38,479 nucleotides of DNA from Octopus bimaculoides (GCF_001194135.2 NC_068987.1:14421306-14459784); one strand, 5' to 3'; shown: positions 9,771 through 22,409, counted from the first letter of the stretch. A program made the numbers and translations. The notes: generated from the sequence alone by a model not told the origin.

Positions 9771-10350
9771 ATCAAAAGTAAATAGACATCTTTCGTTATT
9801 TCGTTTTATTTCTGTGGACATTACTTATTAGTACGATGAAGCACAAACGGATTAAATTGTTAAAAACTTTTAAAAACTGTGCAAGGCATGTGTACTTGAC
9901 ACCAGGTTAAGTACTTAAATTCATCAGATGACATTATTTTGTTTCTAGAAATATACCTTTCAAAAATAGCAGTGTCTATTTACTTTTGAGATGTCTGTAT
10001 ATATACACTTTAATAAGTGACAAAAGAACAGAGGCTATGTGATCACTTTCATTAGCACACAGCTGTTTCTTCCTTAAGAATGCGTTTCGTCTAGATCTGA
10101 GTACTCGTGCAGCATCTTGTAGCTTCTTCAGAGGCTTTTCAATAAAGTGTTTCTTTATTGCAGAAAACGTTTAAAAACACACGTATAATATAATACACTT
10201 AGGTAGATTTGAGGATAAAAGGACATCCAGAGAGACAAATATGTATGTAAACATAGACTCCAAGTTTTGCAAAATAACTGCAAGCACAATTGCGAGCGCA
10301 ACACTGATGTTTCTGTAGCCTGCAACGACTAAGTAAGCATTTTAACACCC

Positions 10351-10458
10351 GTCTAGCTAACGATCCACTAATGATCTTCGCACTTGCTAATGCGCATGTC
10401 TGTCTAGTTATCGATCTACTAATGATCTTCGCACTTGCTAACGTACATATCTGTCTAG
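10351..10458. repeat. 51-bp tandem duplication
   Basis: gtctag anchors at 10351, 10402 and 10453, with the core actaatgatcttcgcacttgctaa repeated. Confidence 0.85.
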
Positions 10459-10519
10459 ACATCGGATGCTGGGTGGATGTTACGGCATTCACTGTGACAT
10501 TCGCTACGCCAGCTACCAA

Positions 10520-10630
10520 TGGGGTATTTGAACCTGGCTCGTAAACCGAATTTTAGCTTGCAACTCAAAGCAAAAAATCGGCCGAGAGACGGCACGTATC
10601 TCGAAAAACTCGTATGTCAAGGTACCACTG
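10520..10630. mobile_element. Terminus of a pogo/Tigger-like DNA transposon
   Basis: Ends in ...ctcgtatgtcaaggtaccactg (reverse complement CAGTGGTACCTTGACATACGAG), which resembles Tigger/pogo TIRs. A subterminal cgtatctcg repeat is present. The other TIR was not found. Confidence 0.55.
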
Positions 10631-11434
10631 TGTGTGNNNNNNNNNNNNNNNNNNNNNNNNNNNNNNNNNNNNNNNNNNNNNNNNNNNNNNNNNNNNNNNN
10701 NNNNNNNNNNNNNNNNNNNNNNNNNNNNNNNNNNNNNNNNNNNNNNNNNNNNNNNNNNNNNNNNNNNNNNNNNNNNNNNNNNNNNNNNNNNNNNNNNNNN
10801 NNNNNNNNNNNNNNNNNNNNNNNNNNNNNNNNNNNNNNNNNNNNNNNNNNNNNNNNNNNNNNNNNNNNNNNNNNNNNNNNNNNNNNNNNNNNNNNNNNNN
10901 NNNNNNNNNNNNNNNNNNNNNNNNNNNNNNNNNNNNNNNNNNNNNNNNNNNNNNNNNNNNNNNNNNNNNNNNNNNNNNNNNNNNNNNNNNNNNNNNNNNN
11001 NNNNNNNNNNNNNNNNNNNNNNNNNNNNNNNNNNNNNNNNNNNNNNNNNNNNNNNNNNNNNNNNNNNNNNNNNNNNNNNNNNNNNNNNNNNNNNNNNNNN
11101 NNNNNNNNNNNNNNNNNNNNNNNNNNNNNNNNNNNNNNNNNNNNNNNNNNNNNNNNNNNNNNNNNNNNNNNNNNNNNNNNNNNNNNNNNNNNNNNNNNNN
11201 NNNNNNNNNNNNNNNNNNNNNNNNNNNNNNNNNNNNNNNNNNNNNNNNNNNNNNNNNNNNNNNNNNNNNNNNNNNNNNNNNNNNNNNNNNNNNNNNNNNN
11301 NNNNNNNNNNNNNNNNNNNNNNNNNNNTACTCATTGGGAGAAAAGCGAACGTGAATGACTATAACGGCAACTACGGCTTCGACTAGTTCTGTCCGACATT
11401 AGAGAGAGGCCTGTGGAAAGAGACATGGTGATTT

Positions 11435-11830
11435 TGCTGAAAGGAAGGGGAGAAGGAAGAGACGAAGGGAGAGGGGAAAGGAGGAAGGAAGTGGGGGGGG
11501 GGAAGAAAGGAGCGAGAGAAAAAGAGGGAGGAAGGGAGGGAGAAAAGGAGAAGGAAGGAGGACTGAGGGAGGAAGGGGTGGAGGGAGAAGGCGAGTGAGG
11601 GAGGAAAGAGGGAGGGTGGAAGGAGGAACGGAGGGAGGGAAGGAGGAACGGAGGGAGGGAAGGAGGAAGGGAATAAGGAAGGGATGAAAAAGGAAACAAG
11701 GAAGAAAAAGGAGAAGCCGAAGGAAGGAAGGGAAGAAGGAAGGAAGGAGGGAAGAGTTGGAGGGAGGAATGACGGGAGAAGGAGAGGGCAGGAGGGAAAG
11801 AAGATAGGAAGAAAAAGCAGAAGGGAGAAA
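11435..11830. repeat. ~400-bp polypurine/polypyrimidine (GGA/GAA-rich) tract
   Basis: Almost exclusively A/G on the plus strand, with repeated ggagggaaggagga motifs. It generates the spurious Pro/Ser/Phe-rich ORFs. Confidence 0.9.
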
Positions 11831-12367
11831 AGAAAGATGAAAATAAAGAGTGTATGAAAGAAAATACACACACACATTCATATACATATACACATATATG
11901 CAAATGCATTTACTTATATATATGCATATACATACACACATATACATACATGCACACACATGTATATACATAAATGTATTTTTATATGTATATATGTATA
12001 ATATATATATGCGAGTAAAAATAAATACAAAAAAGGGTTTTTTTTTGTATGATTGTGTATAGAGGAATATATTATTTTGTTTAAAAGAGTTCCAACACTG
12101 TCTGTTTTTTATGTTTTATTTATATTCCTGCAGAACCAATGTGGGGTATAGAATATGGAATATACAATATATAATATAATATACAATATATAATATAATA
12201 TACAATATATAAAATAAAATAAAATAAAATAAAAATGGATGGCACCATGAAATAAAGTATTGAATGTAGATGAAATATTGAGTGTTCAATATAAAGGATC
12301 AAATATATAAATATAAGTATATAACGCCTATATTTATGCGTGTATGCATATATCCATATATATATGT

Positions 12368-12609
12368 GCACTGGCTGTGTGGTAAGAAGCTTGCTTCCCA
12401 ACCACATGGTTTCGGGTTCAGTCCTACTGCGTGGTACCTTGGGCAAGTGTCTTCTACTATAGCGTCCCCGTACACTAACGGTTCGGCAAAATAGACCAAT
12501 AGAATAAGTACTAGACTTACAAAGAATAAGTCCTGGGGTCTATTTGTTCGACTAAAGGAGGTGCTCTAGCATGGCCGCAGTCAAATGACTGAAACAACTA
12601 AAAGAATAA

Positions 12610-12612
<3 letters not shown>
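12368..12612 (+). mobile_element. SINE family A with an internal deletion
   Basis: The head runs to ctactatagc, which joins directly to gtccccgta..; the middle, including the microsatellite, is missing. Confidence 0.85.
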
Positions 12613-12643
<31 letters not shown>

Positions 12644-12829
12644 AAGCGTTAGGAGAAAACTGAGCAAAACAATTAGCACATAACAAATTACGTTGCGTAA
12701 TCACCTTCATTAACTTACAGCTGTTTCAATTATCAAAATACAGCTTTAAAATGGCTAATCTTTATTAACTAATATCTTTTAGCACATAGACATATATATA
12801 TATATACATATCAATACCTCCTCAAATCG

Positions 12830-12907
<78 letters not shown>

Positions 12908-12974
12908 GTCTGTCTGTATGTCTGTCTGTCTGTCTACGAAATTACTTATCTGTCTACCAATAGTTAGTCAATGA

Positions 12975-13375
12975 CGTGGCTGTGTAGTAAGAAGTTTGCT
13001 TCTCAGCCACATGGCTCTGCGTTCAGCCCCACTGCGTGCCACCTTGAACAAGTGTCTTTAAATATAGCCCCGAGCCGACCAAAGCCTTGTGAGTGGATTG
13101 GTAGACAGAAAAGAAACTCGTTTTATATATGTGTGTGTGTATGCGAAAGTTGAGGAAAAGCATAAAAATTATGTTTGTCCATAACCTCTGCTTGACAACC
13201 GGTAATGTTTTGTTTACATCTCGCAAAATAGCGGTATAGCAAAAGTTACCGATAATATAAGTACCCGCCTTAGGAAAATTAGTACTGGCACCGATTTGTT
13301 CAATTAAAACCATTCATAGCGGTGCCTCAGCGTGGCCGCAGTCCAATAACTGAGACGAGTAAGAAATAAAAGATT
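12975..13375 (+). mobile_element. SINE family A, diverged full-length copy
   Basis: Head, middle and 3' end (gcggtgcctcagcgtggccgcagtccaataactgagacgagtaag) are all colinear with the other copies. Confidence 0.85.
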
Positions 13376-14773
13376 AAAAAAACGGTAAGGGATGGGAGAC
13401 AACTTCGAGCATGTTTCGGGATTATGATGACATCGGACTCAATTCACCGTACTTTCTAAAGTAGTAATGGGATAATCACAAAATAAACGTACAAGATTCT
13501 ACATAAGATGCAGCAGGAACATAGAATCGCTACGGAATATTTTATTCATAGATGCGATCTACGTGAAGAACATTATTTAATCTAGTGTCGACATATTTAA
13601 TGAGGGAAGCATTAAAATGCTAACCAGAAACAAATATGCAGTGATGAAAGATGATGATATTAATCAATAATGAATAATGTTATCTTGATAAATTACTTAT
13701 TTTTTAATATTCCCTCACAATGGTTATGTAGATATTTATATAGATATATGTTGTTTGCATATGAGTGTGTGAGTATAAATATAAGTAAATGTGTGTGTGT
13801 GTGTGTGTGTGCGTACATACAATAGGTACCACCTATATGCATTTATGTATGCATGTATGCGTGTGTTTGAATGCACGTATATATATAGATATACATATAT
13901 ATATAGATATACATAATTTATATATACATGTGTATCTATTATATATGGGAATATATACATATATATATATGTATATGTATATATATATGTATGTATATNN
14001 NNNNNNNNNNNNNNNNNNNNNNNNNNNNNNNNNNNNNNNNNNNNNNNNNNNNNNNNNNNNNNNNNNNNNNNNNNNNNNNNNNNNNNNNNNNNNNNNNNNN
14101 NNNNNNNNNNNNNNNNNNNNNNNNNNNNNNNNNNNNNNNNNNNNNNNNNNNNNNNNNNNNNNNNNNNNNNNNNNNNNNNNNNNNNNNNNNNNNNNNNNNN
14201 NNNNNNNNNNNNNNNNNNNNNNNNNNNNNNNNNNNNNNNNNNNNNNAGAGAGAGAGAGAGAGAGAGAGAAAGAGAAAGAAACGTATACTTGTATTTCGGA
14301 CGAGTGAGAAAGCATAATGCATTAAGTGGAGTTTAAGTATTTTTTAAATAATAGAAGCTGAAAACCTCTTCACGTTATTACTTCATTTTTCTTTTGGGGT
14401 TTCCACTTAAAGTACACGATTGGTATTTTGTTGCAACTGTATGTGGGGAATAAAATATAAGATACAAAATACAAATTGGAAGATGTATCGATGCATGGGG
14501 AATTTGAAAATATATACGAAAAATATTCGGGAACGTTTGTAGTTTAAACACTAGAAATTAGGTGGTATAAAAATAAATATGTATATTATACGGATGGATA
14601 GAAGGGTAAAAATAGAAATGCTTTCATATTATATATGTTTCGGCAAAAATGATCTACTACTGTTAGATTTGCTTAGATATAATAAACTTAAATCATCCCG
14701 TATATGAAGGGCTATCGACTAAATAGCTTTAGAATAATGTGATCCTAATAATCCTAATATATGAAAAAAAATT

Positions 14774-15155
14774 AGGTCGTGGCTGTGTGGTAAGAAACCT
14801 GCTTCCCAAACACATGTTTCCGGGTTCAGTCCCAGTGCGTGGCACCTTGGACATGTGTCTTCTGCTATAGCCTCGGGCTGACCAAAGCCTTGTGAGTGGA
14901 TTTGATAGACGGAAACTGAACGGAGCCCGTCATATATATGTATGCATATGTTTGTGTGTCTGTGTTTGTCCCCCCACCATCGCTTGACAACCGAAGTTGG
15001 TGTATTTATGTGCCCGGAACTTAGTGGTTCGGCAAAAAGTGTCTGATAGAATAAATACTAGGCTTACAAAGAATAAGCCCTGGGGCCGATTTCTTCGACT
15101 AAAGACGGTGAACCAGCATAGCCACAGTCAAATGACTGAAACGAGTTAAAAAAAT
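14774..15155 (+). mobile_element. SINE family A, full length
   Basis: A and B boxes, the internal microsatellite and the 3' end are all present. Confidence 0.9.
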
Positions 15156-15177
15156 AGTAATAGAATTTGTAGAATAT

Positions 15178-15341
15178 AGGCGCAGGCGTGGCTCTGTGGT
15201 AAGAAGCTCGCGTTCCAGCCACATAGTTCCGGGTTCAGTCCCACTGCGTGGCACTTTAAGCAAGTATCTTCTACTATAGCCTCGGACCGACCAAAGCCTT
15301 GTGAGTGAATTTGGTAGACGGAATCGGAAAGAAGCCCGTCG

Positions 15342-15374
<33 letters not shown>

Positions 15375-15587
15375 GTTTGTGTGTCTGTGTTTGTCACCCC
15401 CACCATCGTTTGACAACCGAAGTTGGTGTGTTTACGTTCCCGTATCTTAGCGGTTCGGCGAAAGAGCCCGATAGAATAAGTACTAGGCTTACAAAGAATA
15501 AGTCCTGGCGTCGATTCTTTCGAATAAAGGCGTGCTCTAGCATGGCCGCAATCAGATGACTGAAACAAGTAAAAGAATAAAAGAATA
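15178..15587 (+). mobile_element. SINE family A, full length, head-to-tail with the previous copy
   Basis: Starts about 20 bp after the tail of 14774-15155 and ends aaaagaataaaagaata. Confidence 0.9.
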
Positions 15588-16424
15588 ATTATTTCCAATA
15601 GATCTTTACTTCCAGTAGATGGAGAATCATTGACCCGTACAGCATGTGCAATAATATAACGATGCATTAAAAAAGAGCGGCTTTGAGCATGAAATAACAC
15701 ATGGAATCAAAATTATGCACATACAGAAGCAAGAAAATAAATAAATATTTTCAGACTATCAACTAGCTTAAATGTTCCGTCTAACATTATGAAATCTTTC
15801 CCAAATTTACTGAAAAAAAAAAGAAAAAAAAAAAAAGAAAATCCTTAAATGGTAGTGCTCTTGGTAATATCTTCTTCACTATTATTGTTTTTGTCCCTAT
15901 TGCTTTCTGCTTCCTTTTTGATTATGGTGTCGATTGATTCGTTCGACGTATTGACGTCATCTTCAGCCATTTTTTTCCCTGCAGGTTATCGATATTATCG
16001 TCTTTTCCACTTTATATTGCATTACTTTGAATCTTGTTTGTTTGTTGTTGTTGCTTTTACCGAAGCCGTTTTCTACTTCATCTGTATTGCGCCATGGCAT
16101 CAGTAGTATTGTTAGAGTTAATACCTGTATATTTATTTTTATATTTCTCCGCGACGTCTAACGAAAATACTTTGACAAGCAAAATTTTCAAGGCAGACGA
16201 CAGTTTTGGTGTTATTGTTACCACTGCTCCTCCGTTTCAAAAGCCAAGTTATTTACATTTTACGTAAAATGTCCACTCAATGCACACAATTTGGGTAAAT
16301 AACTTTGCTTAACCTAATTAAGTGAAGACTCTAAAAGACTTTAAATCCTTTCCCCATTCTCGAGAATGTCAATGATTTCAACAAAGACATTTATGAAAGA
16401 CGGTATAAAACTTACGGTGTGTTG

Positions 16425-17248
16425 CAGAACTTATTGAACCAATGATGAAAAACGGAGTAGCACCAAAGTACCGATAATGCAACGATGGGATAGAAATAGT
16501 GGACCACCTAATCACCGGGTGTAAGGTTTTAGTACCTGTAAAGTATAAATCAAGACATGACAGAGTTGGCTAATATCTACACTGGATAATATGTCAGCAT
16601 TAGAAGATCAAAACTGCTGACAAATGGTACAATCACCACCCTAGAGGCTGTAACTGAGGGAGAAAATGTAACGATTCCTTGGGACTTTCCAGTATGTACA
16701 GACCAGACCGTTAAAGCTAATAAACCAGATATTGTTGTGAAAGACAAAAACAATAAAGTCTGTTTATTGATTGACATGCCCATAATGTCTCAGCAAAAGA
16801 ATTTGATAAGCTTAGAAAATATAAAGATTTGCTAATCGAAATCGAACAGATGTACCAGTGATTATAGGAGCACTTAGAATGAACAAAAAAGGAATTAAAA
16901 TTATTTGAGAATGATCTCTGGCTTACCATCCACGCAAGAAATGCAAAAGATTATCTTAATTGGTACGTCGCACGTACTGAGAATAGTATTGTCACTGAAT
17001 TTTCTTTAATTTTTTTCCTTTTATTTTCTTTGTTTACATTTTTTCATTGTTACTTTTTCCTTTTTCTCTCTGTCTCTTTTCCCTTTTTTCTCTATCACAT
17101 GACTTTGTAAATGAACAATCTGGTGTGTTTATTTTAATGACCTAACAATGTATACAGTGAGTTTCTCTGCCGTAGGTCCCAGGAAGACACTCGGCAAGAA
17201 ATGGAAACAGAATTAAAAGAAGATAATAATAATAATAATAATAATAAT
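16425..17248 (+). mobile_element. 3' end of an R4/Dong-clade non-LTR retrotransposon (restriction-like endonuclease type), decayed
   Basis: The reconstructed reading is KYR*CNDGIEIVDHLITGCKVLVPVKYKSRHDRVG*YLHWIIC (CCHC knuckle plus RHD), EGENVTIPWDFPVCTDQTVKANKPDIVVKDK (PD motif), KEFDKLRKYKDLLIEI, VPVIIGAL, QEMQKIILIGTSHVLR. A 3' UTR and (TAA)n follow at 17223-17248. Confidence 0.85.
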
Positions 17249-17277
17249 ATATAATATAGTAATATTATAAACCTAGC

Positions 17278-17553
17278 AAGGCGGCGAGCTGGCAGAAACG
17301 TTAGCGGGCCGGGCGAAATGCTTAACAGTATTTCGTCTGTCTTTACGTTCTGAGTTCAAATTCCACCGAGGTCGACTTTGCCTTTTATCCTTTCGGGGTC
17401 GATAAATTAAGTACCAGTTACGCACTGGGGTTGAAGTAATCGACTGAATCCCTTTGTCTCTCCTTTTTTGTCCCCTCTATGTTTAGCCCCCTGTGGACAA
17501 TAAGGAGATTAATATTATATATTTAGTAAGGCGGCGAGCTGGCAGAAACGTTA
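17278..17553 (+). mobile_element. SINE family B, full-length copy plus a second truncated head
   Basis: Body at 17278-17510. The head aaggcggcgagctggcagaaacgtta is repeated at 17528-17553. Confidence 0.9.
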
Positions 17554-17967
17554 ACATACACAAACACACACACATGTATACACAGACATACAAATGACAA
17601 GACACACACATATTCATAACGTATATATATATATACACCCACGCATGTATACATACATACATACTAAAAACACCACAGTAATCTAGTTTTAACATTTTTA
17701 TAAAATTTTTTCCCATTATTTTAGTTTGGGTTTCTTGTATTTCGATAAAAAAAGACATTTGTGAATGTGTATGTCTATATGTGTGCATCTGTGTTTATAT
17801 GTGTACGTATATATGTATGTGTATATATATATGTATGTATGTAAGTATGTATGTATATATATACATACATGTATATATACATATACATATACATATATGT
17901 ATATATATATATATATACACAAACATATATAATACATATCACAGGTCTCGCATCATTCTCTAAATTC

Positions 17968-18013
<46 letters not shown>

Positions 18014-18016
<3 letters not shown>

Positions 18017-18249
18017 ATCGTACTTGTGGCTATGGCGAAAGAATGTGTATGGTGGACGCGTCTGAAAGGTCTAGAGACAAAGACTTTCCTCTCTGGGCAA
18101 TCTCTCATCAACTTCTTCAAGTATCACCTGAAGAGGAAGTTGAGAGTAGAAAGGGAAGTCTTGTCTAGTGAATGCTTCAAAAAAAGATGGGTGAATGTAG
18201 CAAGGATGGCACGTGTGAACGACGGAGCCATCTTGAGCATAACCCTATG
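18014..18249 (+). mobile_element. Tx1/L1-clade LINE ORF2 C-terminus, 5'-truncated
   Basis: Stop-free frame FIVLVAMAKECVWWTRLKGLETKTFLSGQSLINFFKYHLKRKLRVEREVLSSECFKKRWVNVARMARVNDGAILSITL. It fits the AK..IW..R...F...L...LR.E....F..RW terminal pattern of Tx1-type ORF2 and runs into the N gap. Confidence 0.7.
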
Positions 18250-19587
18250 NNNNNNNNNNNNNNNNNNNNNNNNNNNNNNNNNNNNNNNNNNNNNNNNNNN
18301 NNNNNNNNNNNNNNNNNNNNNNNNNNNNNNNNNNNNNNNNNNNNNNNNNNNNNNNNNNNNNNNNNNNNNNNNNNNNNNNNNNNNNNNNNNNNNNNNNNNN
18401 NNNNNNNNNNNNNNNNNNNNNNNNNNNNNNNNNNNNNNNNNNNNNNNNNNNNNNNNNNNNNNNNNNNNNNNNNNNNNNNNNNNNNNNNNNNNNNNNNNNN
18501 NNNNNNNNNNNNNNNNNNNNNNNNNNNNNNNNNNNNNNNNNNNNNNNNNNNNNNNNNNNNNNNNNNNNNNNNNNNNNNNNNNNNNNNNNNNNNNNNNNNN
18601 NNNNNNNNNNNNNNNNNNNNNNNNNNNNNNNNNNNNNNNNNNNNNNNNNNNNNNNNNNNNNNNNNNNNNNNNNNNNNNNNNNNNNNNNNNNNNNNNNNNN
18701 NNNNNNNNNNNNNNNNNNNNNNNNNNNNNNNNNNNNNNNNNNNNNNNNNNNNNNNNNNNNNNNNNNNNNNNNNNNNNNNNNNNNNNNNNNNNNNNNNNNN
18801 NNNNNNNNNNNNNNNNNNNNNNNNNNNNNNNNNNNNNNNNNNNNNNNNNNNNNNNNNNNNNNNNNNNNNNNNNNNNNNNNNNNNNNNNNNNNNNNNNNNN
18901 NNNNNNNNNNNNNNNNNNNNNNNNNNNNNNNNNNNNNNNNNNNNNNNNNNNNNNNNNNNNNNNNNNNNNNNNNNNNNNNNNNNNNNNNNNNNNNNNNNNN
19001 NNNNNNNNNNNNNNNNNNNNNNNNNNNNNTATATATATATATATATATTTGTATGTATATATATATATATATATATTTGTATGTATGTATGTATGTATGT
19101 GCGAGTGTGTGTGCATGTGTGTGTATGTGTGTGCACATACACACACATAGAAGTATGTGTTGACATCGGACGACGTGCTACTTTCCCGCATTTCAGGTTC
19201 TCATTAAAAATCTGGTTAATGTATCATTATTTTCAAATCTATCTTTGTCAGCAAAATTCATCAAATCTGTCTCACTTTCCTCTCCTTCTCCTCTTCTTCT
19301 TCCTCCTCCTGCTCAATTTTATCCTCCTTCCTCAGCCATCAGGACGCTAATCTTTCTAAATATTGACTGCACAAGTAATAGTTATCTTGCTCTTTGTCAC
19401 CAATATCACGTTCGACAACTCTACATCATGTAAATTATGTTTTATAAAATAAACTCACGTATACATACTCGCGGGCTTATAAACACTAGCACACAGAGGA
19501 ACACACACGGGAACACTAACAGACACACATACACACAATATTTCAGGAATCTTACAAAAAAGAAATATTTGTGAAATTACTTGTATG

Positions 19588-20053
19588 TACGAAGTGGTAT
19601 CAAAAAGTTCCCAGACTACTTCTGTTGCGTGCCAACAGATGGCAGCACACGTCTGCATGTACAATGAGAGCTAGCAGTGACCTTTATGAAGCAGTGTGTC
19701 GAGTGATATCGCTGTATTTATTTCGCAAGTCGTGAAATTTGTGTTTTCGTGATCACGTATATGCTATAGGCTGCAATTTTGTTATGGACAGGAAGTTGGA
19801 ACAAAGAGCGAAAGTGAAATTTTGCGTTAAACTTGGGAAGACTGCTACAGGGACATTGTGCATGCTTCGGCAAGCTTACGGCGACGAGGCAATGTGTCGT
19901 ACAGTATGTTTCGAGTGACACTGGCACTTCAAAAGTGGATGAACGTCCCTGGAAGACGATGAGCGATCTGGAAGATCTACCACGAATGTCACAACCGGAA
20001 ATGTGGAGAAAATTCATCAGTTTGTGCATGAGGATCGTCGGAGGACAATCAAC
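19588..20053 (+). mobile_element. mariner element 5' portion (irritans-like), decayed
   Basis: TIR-like tacgaagtggtatcaaaaagttcccagact at 19588. From ATG 19784 it reads MDRKLEQRAKVKFCVKLGKTATGTLCMLRQAYGDEAMCRTVCFE*HWHFKSG*TSLEDDERSGRSTTNVTTGNVEKIHQFVHEDRRRTIN, the HTH region of a mariner transposase. Confidence 0.85.
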
Positions 20054-20075
20054 AAGAGAGAATGGCAGTGAGAGA

Positions 20076-20116
<41 letters not shown>

Positions 20117-20381
20117 NNNNNNNNNNNNNNNNNNNNNNNNNNNNNNNNNNNNNAGCGAAAGAGAGAGAGAGAGCGAAAGAGAAAGAAAGAGAAAAAAGAG
20201 ATAAATAGATAGATAGAGAGAGTGAGAGAGAGAGAAAGAGAGATAAATAGATAGATGGTGAGAGTGAGAGAGAGAGAAAGAGAGATAAATAGATAGATAG
20301 TGAGAGTGAGAGAGGGAGAAAGAGTGAGAGAGTGAGAGAGAGAGAGAGCGAAAAAGAAAGAAAGAGAAAAAAGAGATAAAT

Positions 20382-20450
<69 letters not shown>

Positions 20451-20454
20451 AAAA

Positions 20455-20612
20455 GAGGAGAATCGACCCAGTACAGGACTGATACTTTAAGACCTCAAAG
20501 AGATGAAACAGAAACTTTGCTTCGGCGGTATTTGAACCCAGGGCGTAGAGACCCCAAACGAATATAGCTGGACGATTTACCCCACGCTCTAACGTCTCGG
20601 CTAAATGGCCGC
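20455..20612 (-). mobile_element. SINE family B, degenerate
   Basis: atcgacccagtac..tcggcggtatttgaaccca..gctctaacg..ggccgcc aligns with the family B copies. Confidence 0.6.
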
Positions 20613-20809
20613 CGGAAGCCTAATTCACTTCAAACCACACCACGCCATCTCAAAAGTAATCCTTAATATATTTTCAGAAAATAAGATGGAATCTTCACGG
20701 ATAAATTTCCTTAGATCATAAAGCTGTCTGATTAGAGCAGACTCGGTGTTAAACAACAGCAAAAGTAAAGACTCAGATTTAAGTCTGACAAGATCCTTGG
20801 AACTTATAA

Positions 20810-21030
20810 GCGCGAGGATTAACCGAGTTTCCGCGACGTGTGACCGAGATTACAGCTCTATACAGGTCCGTCGCAGGATTAACTTCTAAACTTCTGCCAA
20901 CACTCATTTACGGCTGAAATGAAATGTCTTGCTTGTGAACACAAGGTAATTACTGGCCAGTCTGGGAATTGAAACTACGACCTTACGTCCGGGAGCGTAA
21001 CCCTTTGAGTACTAGGCTATACGCCATCAC
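20810..21030 (-). mobile_element. Third tRNA-type SINE (family D)
   Basis: The reverse-complement head gtgatggcgtatagcctagt...gtagtttcaattcccagact has A- and B-box-like motifs. It is followed by ccttgtgttcacaagcaagacatttcattt and aatcctgcgacggac, which resemble conserved SINE central domains. Confidence 0.55.
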
Positions 21031-21111
21031 GAAGTAACAATAAAAAGATGTTTGTATGTTTTCGATTTTGTTTTATAAGTGGATGTGTCCATATGGCTGT
21101 GTAGGTGTGTG

Positions 21112-21163
<52 letters not shown>

Positions 21164-21774
21164 CGTGCGTGTGTGTGTGTGTGCGTGTTAGAGAAAGAGA
21201 GAGTGAGTATACATGCGTGAGTGTGTGTGTATTGTACACACACACACACACACACACACATATTGTATACACACATTATATATATACACTTATATATATA
21301 TATGTACACTTATATATACATATATATATATTGTATACACATTATATATAATGCGTATATATATATGCCTATACATACATACATACATACATACATACAA
21401 AGAAGTGAGCGAATGGGCATAGATAACCACTTTATTGAGACTGGTAGTAAAACAAAGCTCGTCAGAACTGTCAATATTTCCTTTTGTTCAAGAAAAATAG
21501 GAGAGAAAANNNNNNNNNNNNNNNNNNNNNNNNNNNNNNNNNNNNNNNNNNNNNNNNNNNNNNNNNNNNNNNNNNNNNNNNNNNNNNNNNNNNNNNNNNN
21601 NNNNNNNNNNNNNNNNNNNNNNNNNNNNNNNNNNNNNNNNNNNNNNNNNNNNNNNNNNNNNNNNNNNNNNNNNNNNNNNNNNNNNNNNNNNNNNNNNNNN
21701 NNNNNNNNNNNNNNNNNNNNNNNNNNNNNNNNNNNNNNNTGTAGAAGTATTTTTATATATACAAATATATATGA

Positions 21775-21844
<70 letters not shown>

Positions 21845-22356
21845 GTTGTGTGTCATTTGTTTTTGTTGCACCTGTGTGTATAATAAGTGCATTTAAATAG
21901 GCGCTTCACACCACTCAATGGGACTATTTCCAATTAGGCAGCCGACAGCAGATAAACCTTGATACAACGTAAAAAACAAAAAGCGATAAAAGAACAGTGT
22001 CTTAGTGCATACAAAAGAGTTCCGTGTTTGCATGTACTCATATTACAACAGGTTGCTCAAACAGAGTAATAGTCAGCGCACATTTGTTTATTTGGACACT
22101 AGATGAGCTGTCTTGTGTATCTTGCATGTATATATGCGAGTGTGTATATGTATGCATGTATGATTGTATGTATGTATGTATGTATGTATGTATGTATGTT
22201 TGTATGTATATATGTATGTATGTATGAATACATGAAAGTACGTACTTAGATGTTTCTACGGACATGCCTGTGATCCTGTGCATACAGGATCTATATAAAA
22301 GGATGAAGCGTGTGTATGCATGCATATGTGTGTGTTTGTGTTTGTATGTGTGTGTG

Positions 22357-22409
<53 letters not shown>

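Noticed and set aside
15178-15245. tRNA-like A/B boxes as tRNA genes
   Set aside because: They are SINE heads continuing into SINE bodies, and no complete cloverleaf is evident.
19180-19430. Acidic Glu-rich minus-strand frames
   Set aside because: They are interrupted by stops and driven by a (GAG/GAA) low-complexity tract, with no family recognised.
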